A stretch of DNA of 64,000 bases from Rhizodiscina lignyota (lineage: Eukaryota): NCBI GenBank assembly GCA_010015805.1, contig ML978122.1, positions 1,522,453 to 1,586,452 on the forward strand, read 5' to 3'. Positions 14,224-25,530 of the stretch are shown piece after piece. A model generated the notes under the pieces. The model saw only the letters and a program-made list of their open reading frames with translations. It was not told the origin of the DNA and did no database searches. Positions within the stretch are counted from its first letter, which is position 1. Each line of letters begins with the position of its first letter. The translations under genes were made by a program, and so were the position numbers.

Positions 14224-15876
14224 ATGGCAGACACGTCAACTTCACACGCGAAAACGCCTCAGTCGTACAAGTTCATGAAACCCGGTGTCTCTAAGGGTCC
14301 ATTCCTCATTTCGAGTGATGAAGAGGAGGAGGACAGCGAGTCCGACGACAACACGAGAAACAACGAGAAGGAAGAGAAAGGCAAGAGCCATGCAAAGGAG
14401 GATGGCAGCGGGCCAGAAAACGAGGAACACGCGATGCAGGAGGACGATGTGAAGAACCGGAACTTGTCTCGTACTACCGCAATGGCACAGGCTCCAGCTC
14501 CTTCATCAAACACAGCAGCTAAGAAGCAGAGGCGCCCGACCGAGATGGCAGCAGCCCTGTACGGTGGACCCGATGACCCCAAGTGGAACGATGTAGAGGA
14601 GCAGGTCTGGAACAAGGTTGTACGCCGTGGCACACCACCTCTCAAGGCTGGCGGAGGAACATTTAGTCGTGTAACTGAATCACGGACGCCGGACGCCAGG
14701 CTGTGGAGGAAAACGAAAGCGACTGGGCTTGTTCCTCCGAGGAAGCTTGCTGCTGCCGAGCATCCAAAGAAGAACGACAGAGATAGGGGTGCCAAAGATC
14801 CGCAATGGGATGGACCAGCATCAGGAGCATTGAGAGACATGAATAGGAGGAAGTTCCAAAAGTTCCAAGAGGCGCGGAATCTTCGATCCACTCCTCCCAT
14901 CACTGGCAAATGGCGTGGAGAGGGCGCAACGGGAGTATTTGATGGAGGAGATAGTCTGGAAGGGGATGGAGATTCCATTGCAATGAACGTGGACCAGAGT
15001 TCCAGAGCCTCGAGCCCAAATGCGCTCCATGTTGTGTCAGACGAAGAAGAACTGCCCACGCAGCCTTCTAAGGCATCTTCCCAGGCCAAGAAGTTCACCA
15101 AACAGACCGTCTTCCCAACGAGTAGCTCAACGGCCTCCGACACATCGGATGCATCCTCCAACGAAGACTTCGAGCAAGAGCAGGAACTTGCTCAGATTCG
15201 CGAGAAAGCAAAGGAGAGAAGGATGCAGAGGTTGAATGAGAAATCCTCTGCTGCGAAGGTCGACAATGCTGAGGCCGAGCGTGCTAAGCCACCGTTACCA
15301 GATACGCCCTCTAAGCAAACCAACAAGAAGTCCAAGAAGAAGAAGAAGGACGCACAGCCGCCGGTCACATTCTCGATAATATCGAGACCGGTATTCAGAG
15401 TGGATGACACGACCGGACATCTGAGCGTATCCGGTGCCGTCGTGAGCGCCCGACAAGTCCTTGCGTCGAAATCGATCAGGGAGAAGAATCGTGAGGCACT
15501 CCGCTCCGCCTCGACGAGAGCCAAGCCAAAAGAGTCGGTCAATGATCGTATCAACCAGCTCCTCGGCACGACCAAGGAGTCAGCAAAAGAGAGCGAGGAG
15601 GCGGCAGCTGAGGCAGAAGAGCCGATGGTATCCGTTGAGCCTGAAGTTGTGGCCCCGAAAGTCTCGCAAAGGGATATTCAGGTTGGAGACTTCTTTCGCG
15701 AGGCAGGATCTGTCGAGAAGCCAGCAGCAGAGGCCGAGAGTTCAGGCACAGGCAAGAAGAGACCCCGTGAAGTTCTTACGCCACTTGGGGATCGCCGATT
15801 CCGTCATGTGCGAATGGAAGAGAAGAGGTTGGATGAGGAGGAGAAGAAGAGAGGCCGATCAGCTTCAGGTCGTTGA
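14224..15876 (+). CDS. Hypothetical charged, low-complexity protein, probably nuclear
   Basis: About 550-codon single ORF from ACCATGG. Acidic tracts and basic clusters (KKSKKKKK, KKRPR). No recognisable domain. Confidence 0.7.
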   Translation: MADTSTSHAKTPQSYKFMKPGVSKGPFLISSDEEEEDSESDDNTRNNEKEEKGKSHAKEDGSGPENEEHAMQEDDVKNRNLSRTTAMAQAPAPSSNTAAKKQRRPTEMAAALYGGPDDPKWNDVEEQVWNKVVRRGTPPLKAGGGTFSRVTESRTPDARLWRKTKATGLVPPRKLAAAEHPKKNDRDRGAKDPQWDGPASGALRDMNRRKFQKFQEARNLRSTPPITGKWRGEGATGVFDGGDSLEGDGDSIAMNVDQSSRASSPNALHVVSDEEELPTQPSKASSQAKKFTKQTVFPTSSSTASDTSDASSNEDFEQEQELAQIREKAKERRMQRLNEKSSAAKVDNAEAERAKPPLPDTPSKQTNKKSKKKKKDAQPPVTFSIISRPVFRVDDTTGHLSVSGAVVSARQVLASKSIREKNREALRSASTRAKPKESVNDRINQLLGTTKESAKESEEAAAEAEEPMVSVEPEVVAPKVSQRDIQVGDFFREAGSVEKPAAEAESSGTGKKRPREVLTPLGDRRFRHVRMEEKRLDEEEKKRGRSASGR

Positions 15877-16323
15877 GGTGATATGGTGATTCGAGAGTAG
15901 TCGTGCTTACCGGTTGGTCTGTTCGAGAACAAGCACGGCCGGTTTACATTTGAAGAATCGGCGTTGAAACGGATGCGTATAACAATGCCCACAGTTTGTA
16001 CATGGCATGCCTAAAAATCAGTCTAAGCAGTAGCAGAATAACAATATGAGGATGATCGAAACTCGATTCTCTATCAAATGACCGAGCTCTCTGGACTACA
16101 GATCCTAGGGGCTTTGAGAATATCGGGGATACGTTGGATCAAGCTCTGTGGCAGAGGAGATTCCACTGATTGTAGCGCTGAGTCGTGCTGAATTGGGTGG
16201 CCACTAATAAAGCGAGTTGACTTTTTCTGATACTGGAGTTCGAGGTGAGCTGGCTTCTGGCTTATTAGGAAACATTATTCTGGCACGGTTCACGTGCAGG
16301 AAAAGCTCTTCGTCTCAACGAGG

Positions 16324-16676
16324 CAGGGTGTCCAATAATCCTCTGGGATTATGGATTATCATAATCTTAATGATCAAGATTATCATAATCGGATTATAAT
16401 TAGATTATAATCCTAGTACCTAAGCCTAGGGGGGTAGTACCTAAACTTAGGGGGGCTTAGGTCCCGAAAGCTAGGTGCTCTAGGGGTATGCACAGATCAT
16501 TATTTTTAAAATTTAGAGTACAGTAATTAAAAGTTACAGCCACCTAGCTTTAGGTACCTAACCCTTCTAGGGCTAGGTACATCCAGATTCTAAGAGGATT
16601 ATATAATGTCATAATCAGGATTATCATAATCTAACCTAATCCATAATCGTTCATAATCTGATTATTGGACACCCTA
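16324..16676. mobile_element. Non-autonomous hAT-type MITE (353 bp)
   Basis: 17-bp TIRs CAGGGTGTCCAATAATC / GATTATTGGACACCCTA (16 of 17 match). 8-bp TSD CAACGAGG (16316-16323) / CAATGAGG (16677-16684). Subterminal GATTATCATAATC repeats; AT- and TpA-rich; no coding capacity. Confidence 0.9.
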
Positions 16677-17370
16677 CAATGAGGCTATATAACAAGCCAC
16701 TGTTCGATCTTTATACGTGAGAATGAGATACTGCGCACTGAATACAGGTAACTCGCCGGCTCTTTTTGAACAGCATGAAGTAGATATAAAGCTTGGCGCC
16801 AAGCTCGGAAATATAACATCCATACGGCCGTAGTCGTCATTGGGTTAGTTGTGGCTTCTTCTAACATTGACGCTGCTTGAAATGGGAAGCAGTACCCTTT
16901 CACTCCATCATCGTGCGAAAGACTACAAGTGCACCATGGCGCTCTTTATGTGAATTGTGCAAAACATGCAGGCAATACAGGATCACATTTACAAGGAGGC
17001 ACGAGGAATTTCACAATTGAATTTCAATAATCTTGTTGTTTCCAAGTAAAGCGCCATGCTGCGCCATGCTGCGCTATATGCTCCTGTGCTCTGATTGGAC
17101 GCAGCATGTTTGACAAATTGTCTCAGCGTTGTTCCATTCAAGAAAGGAGTAAGACGACCATCATCTTGAATCTGAGCAATCGGAAATATCAACGTTCCTG
17201 AAAGACGGCATTTCGACGCCGCTCGCCCTTCCGTCGTTGGCCCTCATCCCAGAATCCAGTCGTCGCATGATGCATCTATTTCGAGCCCTATCGGCTCAGG
17301 TAATTATTAGTCTATTACGTATCGTGAGCCTAATCGTACACAATATACACAAAACGTCCTCTTTCCTTTG

Positions 17371-18843
17371 TCAGAAGTCAGTTCTCGTTGTCCTATAATC
17401 CGAAGTCGCCCCATCACAATAGTGGTGGTCTGCCATCAACTCGCGCGCATCGACGTCCATGAAAGCGCCACGGCTGTCAGCGACGCCGAAGCCTAGCCAA
17501 ATCTCATCATCGAGGAATCCGTGTGCTCGGTTTTCGGGTGGTGAGGTTGTGTTGAAGAAGTAACTCATGTGCATGGTGTAGACGTATTCGCGTGATTTCG
17601 TCCCGTGGTATGTGAGTCGCTTGGAGATGGAGCGCCATTCGAACGGTCGGGTGATGTTCCATGTTGCGATGCGTGGTTCGTACCAGTTCAGTGGTTTAAC
17701 GTATTTTGGTTGGATGATGCCAAAGTTGACGGTGTTGTGGATGTTAGGCTCACACTCGCCTCTGTTGCAGAGAGTCATGCTGAGAACGGGTGTGCCTTGG
17801 TGTATCTGCCAATATCCGTACTTGTCTACCAGATTGTGTAGACACGTTGCCCTTTTTGGCTCTGCTGGCTGTTCAGGCTCTCCGGCACCGGAGAGATAGA
17901 AGGCTTCATCGAGTGGCGAGGATGAGGGAGGTGTTTTCACGGGTCGGACGTATTCATCGAATCGGTCGAACTTATAGGCCCTTTGCCCGTCAAGCTCTAC
18001 GTTGAAGAAAATGTCTCCCGCATCGGGGCCAAATGGTGCCTGGAATGGCGCCCAATTCTTCTCCACTGATCGTGGCTCTGCTCTGTGGAGTCGCACTGGG
18101 GTGTCAAACTCAATAGGTGGTAGATGTGTACCGTATTCACCAAGAGCCTCGTCGAGCCTTGGCGTGACAGCTCGGGCGTCGACCATGTACATGGAAAAAC
18201 ACTCCTTGATGTTGCCGATAGGATAAATGTTCGTAAACATCAGCATTGGCGCGCCAGAGGTGGTCCACCATGCCTTAACATCCTCAGGTCCAATGTAATC
18301 GTGCCTTTCACAGGTATGCTTGATTGCTGGTTCGTAGAGGTGATCCAAGATCGTTTCATTCCACATCTCGAAGTTTTTCATGACTGGATTTCCGAAGCCA
18401 TCTTTTGTGAGGTTCGCGAAGAAGACGGCGACCCGGCTCTTCCTATATCTTTGTTCGCCGATATGTATCATTTCGTGTCTGAGTCGGCCGAACACCATGA
18501 ATTGATGCGCAGAGCTTTGCGGGAGTTCGAGGAATGTTGGATTGTAGAATTGCGGCTGGAGTCCGCTGTCGTCGATCGTATTGAAGAGGCCATTGGGATT
18601 TCGCTTCGACCAGATAATTTGTAGATCTTCGAGTTTCTCCTGGGTAGAGCTTGGTCTGATCGGTTGGGTAACTTGCGGCGAGAGAGGTTGTTGTGATTTC
18701 TGCACGTCACGGAAGGGATTGAGCTTAGGATGGTGAACTTCGACCCTCAAAGAAATCAGGGTCGAAATGCCGTAGAGGGTGAAAATGGAGAAGGCAATGA
18801 GCAACAACAGGCGTGTCGAGGGTCGAGAATTTGTGTTGATCAT
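17371..18843 (-). CDS. Type II membrane protein, possible glycosyltransferase (GT91/Bmt- or GH130-like propeller)
   Basis: Intronless 490 aa. Short basic N-terminus, then a TM helix, a P/Q/S stem and a globular domain with YNP, GPED and EKNW motifs. The function is an inference. Confidence 0.75.
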   Translation of the reverse strand: MINTNSRPSTRLLLLIAFSIFTLYGISTLISLRVEVHHPKLNPFRDVQKSQQPLSPQVTQPIRPSSTQEKLEDLQIIWSKRNPNGLFNTIDDSGLQPQFYNPTFLELPQSSAHQFMVFGRLRHEMIHIGEQRYRKSRVAVFFANLTKDGFGNPVMKNFEMWNETILDHLYEPAIKHTCERHDYIGPEDVKAWWTTSGAPMLMFTNIYPIGNIKECFSMYMVDARAVTPRLDEALGEYGTHLPPIEFDTPVRLHRAEPRSVEKNWAPFQAPFGPDAGDIFFNVELDGQRAYKFDRFDEYVRPVKTPPSSSPLDEAFYLSGAGEPEQPAEPKRATCLHNLVDKYGYWQIHQGTPVLSMTLCNRGECEPNIHNTVNFGIIQPKYVKPLNWYEPRIATWNITRPFEWRSISKRLTYHGTKSREYVYTMHMSYFFNTTSPPENRAHGFLDDEIWLGFGVADSRGAFMDVDARELMADHHYCDGATSDYRTTRTDF

Positions 18844-20012
18844 TTTGACCCTGGCGACGCCTTTGCGGCAGCGAGTGGCGAGAGGAGGATCCTATTTCAC
18901 AGCATTTAAGAGAAATGGATGTTGTTAAGTAAACAGGCAATTTTAGAACTTATGTTGTGCTCTGCGGCGAAGCGTTGCGCAACGGTGTAAGCTGCATGGG
19001 AACCTTGGTGCTTACCAGGTGCTTCAGGCGAGGAGCCTAGATTTCAGGCTTCGCCCTGTTTGACTTCTTAATCGGGATTGTGTAATGGGTACGCAATTGG
19101 CCCCGCAAATTGTGGACGCGAAAGATGGGAAACTAAAGAAACGGTGCTTAAGCTGCTAGTTCGGCGGCGTGGTGGGGTGCGGCACAGTACTGGCACGGCT
19201 GGTGCAGGTGGAAACTTGGAAGACGCGTGTTGTGCGTGTGGTGATAGGACTGGCAGAACGGGCTTGGCTATCACCACCTTCAGCCCTGCGAGCGCCAGCA
19301 AAGAGGTTGAGGAGTTTCCGCTGCCCTGATGCGTCTCCAGGGATGCCAGATGCGTAATCAACGATGAAACCTGGTCTTGTGGATCGAACCGTGGCTAGGT
19401 GCCGGCTTATGAGGGAGAAGGGTGCTGCGACCTGGTGAGCGCACTTTCGCGGATGGAATGGAGATCTCATACAATCTTCCCTTGCGCTCGCGTGCTAAGC
19501 TTAATCAAGCACTTACAGTGGTCAAAGTCTCCGCACCCTTTTCACTCTGATACATCCAGCAGTGTCCGTTTGCGATTGCAGCCGGAGGGTTCCGGTGCAA
19601 GGGAGGACAGCTTTGCTGGACGTAGTGCATACTTAACGCCCAACAATCAGCTCTAGCACAAGTCGAAGTCATTCAATATTGCGGGCGACGTTGAGTGGCT
19701 TCTGCTGAGGCCTACCGCGTAGATACACCCGGGGTCAACCGTTGAAGAAGAGAAGCAGGTTTTTTCACCTCAGCGAAATCCTCTGAAAAGTTCGGGTAAG
19801 GAGGGTACGGCTACGGCAAAGGGCCGGCGGACTTTAGCGCACGGCTTGACATTACGGCACATGCCTACAGAGTTACTGCCACCACCACCTACCCACCCGT
19901 TCTCCACGATGCAGGACGACGTCATGGCATAGCTCGTAGATCGCCAAAGCTCCCATCGTCAACTAAATCTACAGTATGGCGGAGGTTCTTAAGGAGTGGT
20001 AATCCCTTTAAT

Positions 20013-21177
20013 ATGTTTGCAGGTCCGTTACGGACATTGCGGTCAAACCATCTAAAAGCTCCTTCTTCTTTGTCTCGATTCCTCCATCTTGCTCCACCTT
20101 TTCTCCTCGACGATTACATTCCTCGCTACAATCTCCTATCGTCTGTCGATGCCGCGAAGAAGCGATCGGAAGCGTACGCGCACTTGAGGAATTGTAATCT
20201 GTGTCCAAGGCTTTGCGGTGTCAATCGATTCGAACGGACGGGGACTTGTCTCATTGGGGCTGATGTTAAAGTCAATGTGATCGCGCCCCATTTCGGAGAA
20301 GGCATGCTAGTTCCTTCAAACCATTTAATACGTTCTGCTGATTGCTTTGTCTTCAGAGCCGTGCATACAGGGCCATAATGGCTCTGGCTCGGTCTTCTTC
20401 TCTGGCTGCAATCTACGTTGTGTGTTCTGCCAGAATCACGACATCGCTCACCAACGTAATGGATTTGACCTAACCCCGGAACAACTCGCCGAGTGGTACA
20501 TCAAGCTCCAAGAAGTGGGCCATGTGCATAACATAAATCTTGTTACGGCCGAGCACGTTGTGCCACAAGTCGTCCTCTCGATCCTTCATGCCCGCGAACT
20601 TGGGTTGCGGTTGCCAATAATTTACAATACTTCCTCATTCGATTCGCTTGAATCAATAAAGCTTTTGAATGGCCTGGTAGACATATATCTCCCTGATTTC
20701 AAAGTGTGGAAAGACAGCACCTCGAAGCGGCTGCTGAAGGCGGATAATTACACGGCGACGGCGATGGAGAGCATCAAGGCGATGCATGAACAAGTTGGGG
20801 ATCTGTGCTTTACACCTGATGGCATTGCTAAGAAGGGCGTGCTAGTCAGACATCTGGTTATGCCTGGAAAAGAGGACGAGGGACAAGAGATTGTGAAATG
20901 GTTGGCCGAGAATGTATCAAAGGACATATTCGTGCACATCATGGAGCAGTATCATCCCAGGGCGCATGTGGGTAAACCGAAACGCGAAACGGCAAAAAGC
21001 AATTCCGTTGATCCTGGAGGGAAGCCGTTGTCTGAAGAGAAGGTGAAACGGGTCCGCTATGAAGATATCAACCGGCCAGTGAGCGATCAGGAAGTCTCAC
21101 TCGTGAAGCAAGCTGCACAGAGGGCAGGATTGTGGAGATTCGTAGAAGTTGCTGAGCACGGTGGTTTCAATATATGA
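20013..21177 (+). CDS. Radical SAM protein, PflX-like (PFL-activating-enzyme-related family)
   Basis: CNLCPRLCGVNR, HFGE|EPCIQG, GSGSVFFSGCNLRCVFCQN (CxxxCxxC), HNINLVT, DIYLPDFK, VRHLVMPG and MEQYHP. One intron, 20302-20356, with a GC donor. Confidence 0.92.
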
Positions 21178-21409
21178 AGGCACAGAGGCCATTTTAATGT
21201 TTTGTCCCTGCAGACAATGGAGACGTGGGTGCAAGCGAGGAATATAGTGAGCACCGTGGCCATACTTTCGCTCTTGCGAAGTTTCCAAGATCACTTCTTC
21301 CTCTCTTTGTCTCCAATCATCCACTATGGCGGTCTCTGGTTCCTTATACTCTGCATCGATGCGGTTGAAGCAATTCTATATCCGGCGCAACAAAGAAAAC
21401 CACCCTACG

Positions 21410-22766
21410 ATGGCCGAAGGAATTACGATCCAAGCCTTTTACAACTGTCTAAGACAGCTTGAAATCCGTATGACATCTCGCCGAATGAGATGCAAATATT
21501 TCCATCATAGCCGCTCTTATTTGTCGCTGCGCAGACCTCCAGCAGCAACTCTATCGTCCGATGCAGGCTTACATGACGGATCTTCCTGACGTGGAACTCT
21601 TCAACCAACAACGGCAGTATCATTGGTGCGCGCGGCAAAGAACTCAAAGTCTCATTGGCCAATTACAAGCGCGTCTCTTCTCACTTGACAGCACGCTGTC
21701 TCGACACCCGACTCCAAAACGAGAAAGAAAGCGATTGCAGCAAGCCCGCTGGAAGGCAAATAAGCAGTTGCAGGTCTGCGTGAATGAAGAGCAAGTCATC
21801 TCGTCGAACCTACGAGAGCTGGAGATAAAGATGCAAGCACAAGCACAAGCCCAAGCTCAAACCCATTTTCAGTATTCGGATAGGGTATTTGGGAGCTTTT
21901 CGTCATCCAGCAATACACAATGGGTGAGCAGCGAGGACAGTGGGCCTGTGGACGTGCAAATGCTTGACCAGAGCTGGGAGACATATCCCACTTCCGAAAC
22001 GTACGAGTGGTCCACGCCGGAGTGGCAGGCTCAGCCTTGGGGAGCTGATCAATTACCGGACAATATGTACAACGCGAATGCTCTCAACTTCCCAATGTCT
22101 TTCCAGTACCCATACGAAACAATGATGCTCGAATCAAACGCGAACTTTGATGCAGCCTTCGGAACCCTGGAACAATCAGCTTCAATGACCAATGGCCAAA
22201 CCGACCAGGACGAGACTCAGCCAAGCCTCCAACCGATCCCGATGCCAGGGTTTGAGTCATTCGCTTGGGACCACCCTTCCGAAGGCCCACAGCAATGGAT
22301 CAATCCTCGCTCGCCGTCATCTCAAAGATCGGGACATGCAAGAATAGAGTCAGCCATCATCTCCCCACGCACGATCAAGCGGCCGAATCAGCCTGCCCCT
22401 ATCTCAACAGTCCTATCACCAACCTTTCCCCCCAGCGGAGCGAGTTCCGCGAACACGCTTCGAGCTGAAGCGCCACCGTTCACGCCGATGCCGCCAGCGA
22501 CCTGGAGTTGTCCAGTTTCTCTGAATGTACGAATGTCGGTACCAGCTGGGAATGATGTATCTGCAGGCACTGCAGGCCGTGGGAGGAGATATTCCGCAGC
22601 GGCCGTTGATCTCATCCAGTACAAGATTCGGCAGAGCAATGATAGACTGAGGGCCAAGATGGGAAAGTATGAGCAACTCCATCCAGTATGCCCGATGGCA
22701 CTGAATGAAAGAACATGGGCGCAAGGGCATAAGAAGAGCTACTCAGTACCGCCAAGGTTTGGCTAG
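21410..22766 (+). CDS. Hypothetical protein with a basic coiled-coil N-terminal region and a disordered P/S/Q-rich C-terminus
   Basis: Exon MAEGITIQ...LEI; intron 21468-21534 (GTATGA...CAG) joins in frame to the 401-aa ORF. Basic stretch KRERKRLQQARWKANK. An upstream in-frame ATG at 21326 is an alternative start. Confidence 0.7.
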
Positions 22767-23021
22767 AGTGTGTAGTGAAACCCCTTCAATATTTGAGATT
22801 TGATGGATATTACTTACAATCACGTTCGCTCTGATTCGTGTCTACTATATTTATTGAAGTGCTTTTCATGTGCCGTCGGAAGTTGCCAATGATGAATCCA
22901 ACATTCTCCCAAATGCTAGACCCTCAACACATTTTACTCCCCAGTAGTTGGAATCGGAAATTCTCTTCCTTTCACCACGATATGAGCTCAACGTAGTACA
23001 GTATCCCAAGTCTAACAGAAG

Positions 23022-24148
23022 TCACTTCCACCAGTCTTCATCCGTGAATGTATAATGTTCAGAGGAGCCATGTATCCAGTCCGCGACAGATTGTGTGGAC
23101 GACGAAAAGGCGTTTTGCGGGGCCTGACTTGGGATGGATACTGTTTGGGGCGGAGAGACTTGATCTGGGCCTTGTTGCCTGCCTGCAGACAGCACAATGT
23201 TGTCGTCGTCGTCGGCGTTGGCGCTGTGTTGTGAGAAACGCAGAGGTGTCGCCCTGGGAAGGCCTAAGAAGGCGTGATCCGGCTCACGATCTGACATATC
23301 TTGTACAGCTCGTGCTGGTACGATGTTCATGCTCAACGCGGAACCTTGAGGCGTTGTTCGCATAGACATTTCAGTGACGGAAAGGGTTTGGGCTGGCGTG
23401 CGCAGTAGCTGCTCCCCATGATATTGCTCTCTCAAAGCCTCTGTGACACCTCGGCGAATATCTGGCATTCGTTCGTGGAGGATGGGTTCGATGAATACCC
23501 ATAAATTCAGATCGGAAACCGCCCTTTCGATGAAATCAACGTCGCTCGCTATGGAAGTCGCGTTGTTGGGGCTCGCTGCATTTGACACTTCACCGATATG
23601 TCCCTCATAATCTATAAAGCAATTAGGATGAGAATAATATTGTATGGGATGAAAGGCGAACAGGGAGAAGGGATCTGATCCCAAGGCGTCTCCGGAAACA
23701 GTATATTGTAGACTGTCCGCCATTTTTGTTCTTCAGATTGATGTAGATACCTGGGGCTACGTTGACGAAGCTGACGCTCCTGCTCTTTTGAGAATCCATC
23801 AGGCGTATGTATCCCACACTTTTCGCAAGCTATAGTCTCCTGCAGATGATTGGACGACACAAACTCAGATTGGAAAGAGTGACTGCAACGAGGGCAGGAA
23901 ATAGGGCGAGTATGACGGCGATACAGATGCTCCCTACACACACGTTGTTATTAAATAGATCAGTTACGTAGTAGCAGGCGTACTTTCTTGACTCGGTGTA
24001 CGTCCGACCATCCGGGACCGCGACATGCACCGATAGTATCATGCCGAAGAGAGTTATGTTTAAAGTAGGGACAAGCCAACCTTCGACGGTCTGAGCTGGT
24101 AGTTGGACCCGATGAGGTATCGTTGACAGCCTGAGGTATCATAATCAT
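23022..24148 (-). CDS. Fungal 'LACPYFKH' C2H2-like zinc-finger protein; possibly a pseudogene
   Basis: Three exons: RLACPYFKH...CRGPGWSDVHRVK, EHLYRRHTRPISCPRC...KWRTVYNILFP...IPSP, and a C-terminal exon. Introns at about 23934-23983 and 23612-23661. The first junction is out of phase if the TAG acceptor is used. Confidence 0.7.
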
Positions 24149-25010
24149 TCACCAATAAATGGAAATTTGTCGACGGTGACAAAGTGTAAGGCTTGACAAG
24201 ATTGGGTTGGACAGCATCACCTAACTGGACGTGGTGGAACTAGATGGGAATAAGATAATCAAATGAAATGAGATTCAAGTACACTTTGCAGAGCAGAATC
24301 TTATTACGGGAGTAAGAAGGACGTTATGAACGATGTATAGAGCAGTTGGAGAGAATGGAGGGATGATAAAATCGGCGTTCAGGCCTGAAATATATATTTG
24401 GCATGCCGTCTACCTCAGAGCGCAAAGGCGCCACTCCGCGCAGACTCTGTGCTCGCCAGAAGGCAATTCTCGATACGGAAGAAACAAACGTTGTCGACTT
24501 CATGAGAGCAACAGTGATGCGGCATGCAGCATGGTGAGAGTGGGCCGTTGATCCCGAGCTGGGGCTCGGGATAGGTGCATTCCTGGCGTGCGGCCAGTGC
24601 GGCTACATTGAATCCTGGTCTTAACGATGTGGGCATTGCAGCCGTTTTGATCGTTGTATACTCCGTAGAAGGTATTCTAATGCTAGTAAGACAGGCCTTG
24701 GCAGCCTTGGCCCTGGCCAGGGGGGTTGAGCTAAGCCGAAAACCCCTAAGCCACAAAGATCTAGCCAATCAGAACCTTAAAACCCTAACCTAGAACGATT
24801 AAAAACAGGTAAATACCGCAATATCATAGGATCCCAGAGTATTCTTATTCCTCACCTAAATTTGAACTTTACAGCAGTACGTATCGTCAACAAAGGAGTA
24901 TTCTAATGACCAAATATCCTTTAGTACAGGGTTTACCATAGCAACCAATTGAGGTGGGCGAGGGTGGAGTTGCAGGAGTCCGATCACGATCCCTGTCCTC
25001 GCTCTGTGCC

Positions 25011-25032
25011 AGACAGACACAGACAGACAGAC
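25011..25032 (+). repeat. Short imperfect (AGAC)n microsatellite
   Basis: agacagacacagacagacagac. Confidence 0.6.
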
Positions 25033-25530
25033 AATCGCCTGTCCCACATGCATGTCCGGTAGTAAGCAAGCCACCCCGCACACAGTCCAGAGCAATAGGA
25101 AATTTTTAAGAGACGCTTGAGGACAAAAATTATTTGACAAAAATTATTTGAGGACAGGCCCCCCCTAAAAAAAAATCCTATATGATATAGAGCTTTTCAA
25201 AATCCTGATTTTCTGCTGAACAATGACCTGAATAGCCGAGGAAACTTTCACTTATCGTAGAGTACTTGGCAGACGTGTCTCGTGAGATTGGAAAATTGGA
25301 AAACCATGGACCTTGATATATGGGAATAGTCTTGTCACATCTACAGTCCCTCACTATCCAGCACCTACGTGCCGAGAGAGTGCAAGCAGCGGAATGTTTG
25401 AGAACATAAAAGCCAGGAGCAGCTCAGAAAGGAGCTCCATAATGAAGTAGTGGCAGCACATTTAGATCTTTACTGTTCCAGCCCTTCAAAAGGCTTAATG
25501 TGCCTTGACGCAAGTGCACAATAAGTACAG

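Noticed and set aside
14259..15161. 300-aa minus-strand ORF
   Set aside because: Antisense shadow of the low-complexity plus-strand gene.
16340..16660. Repeated GATTATCATAATC units considered as a CRISPR-like array
   Set aside because: Eukaryotic context, irregular spacing and no cas genes; explained as MITE subterminal repeats.
24775..24792. CCCTAA telomere-like hexamer
   Set aside because: Only one perfect unit; expected by chance.
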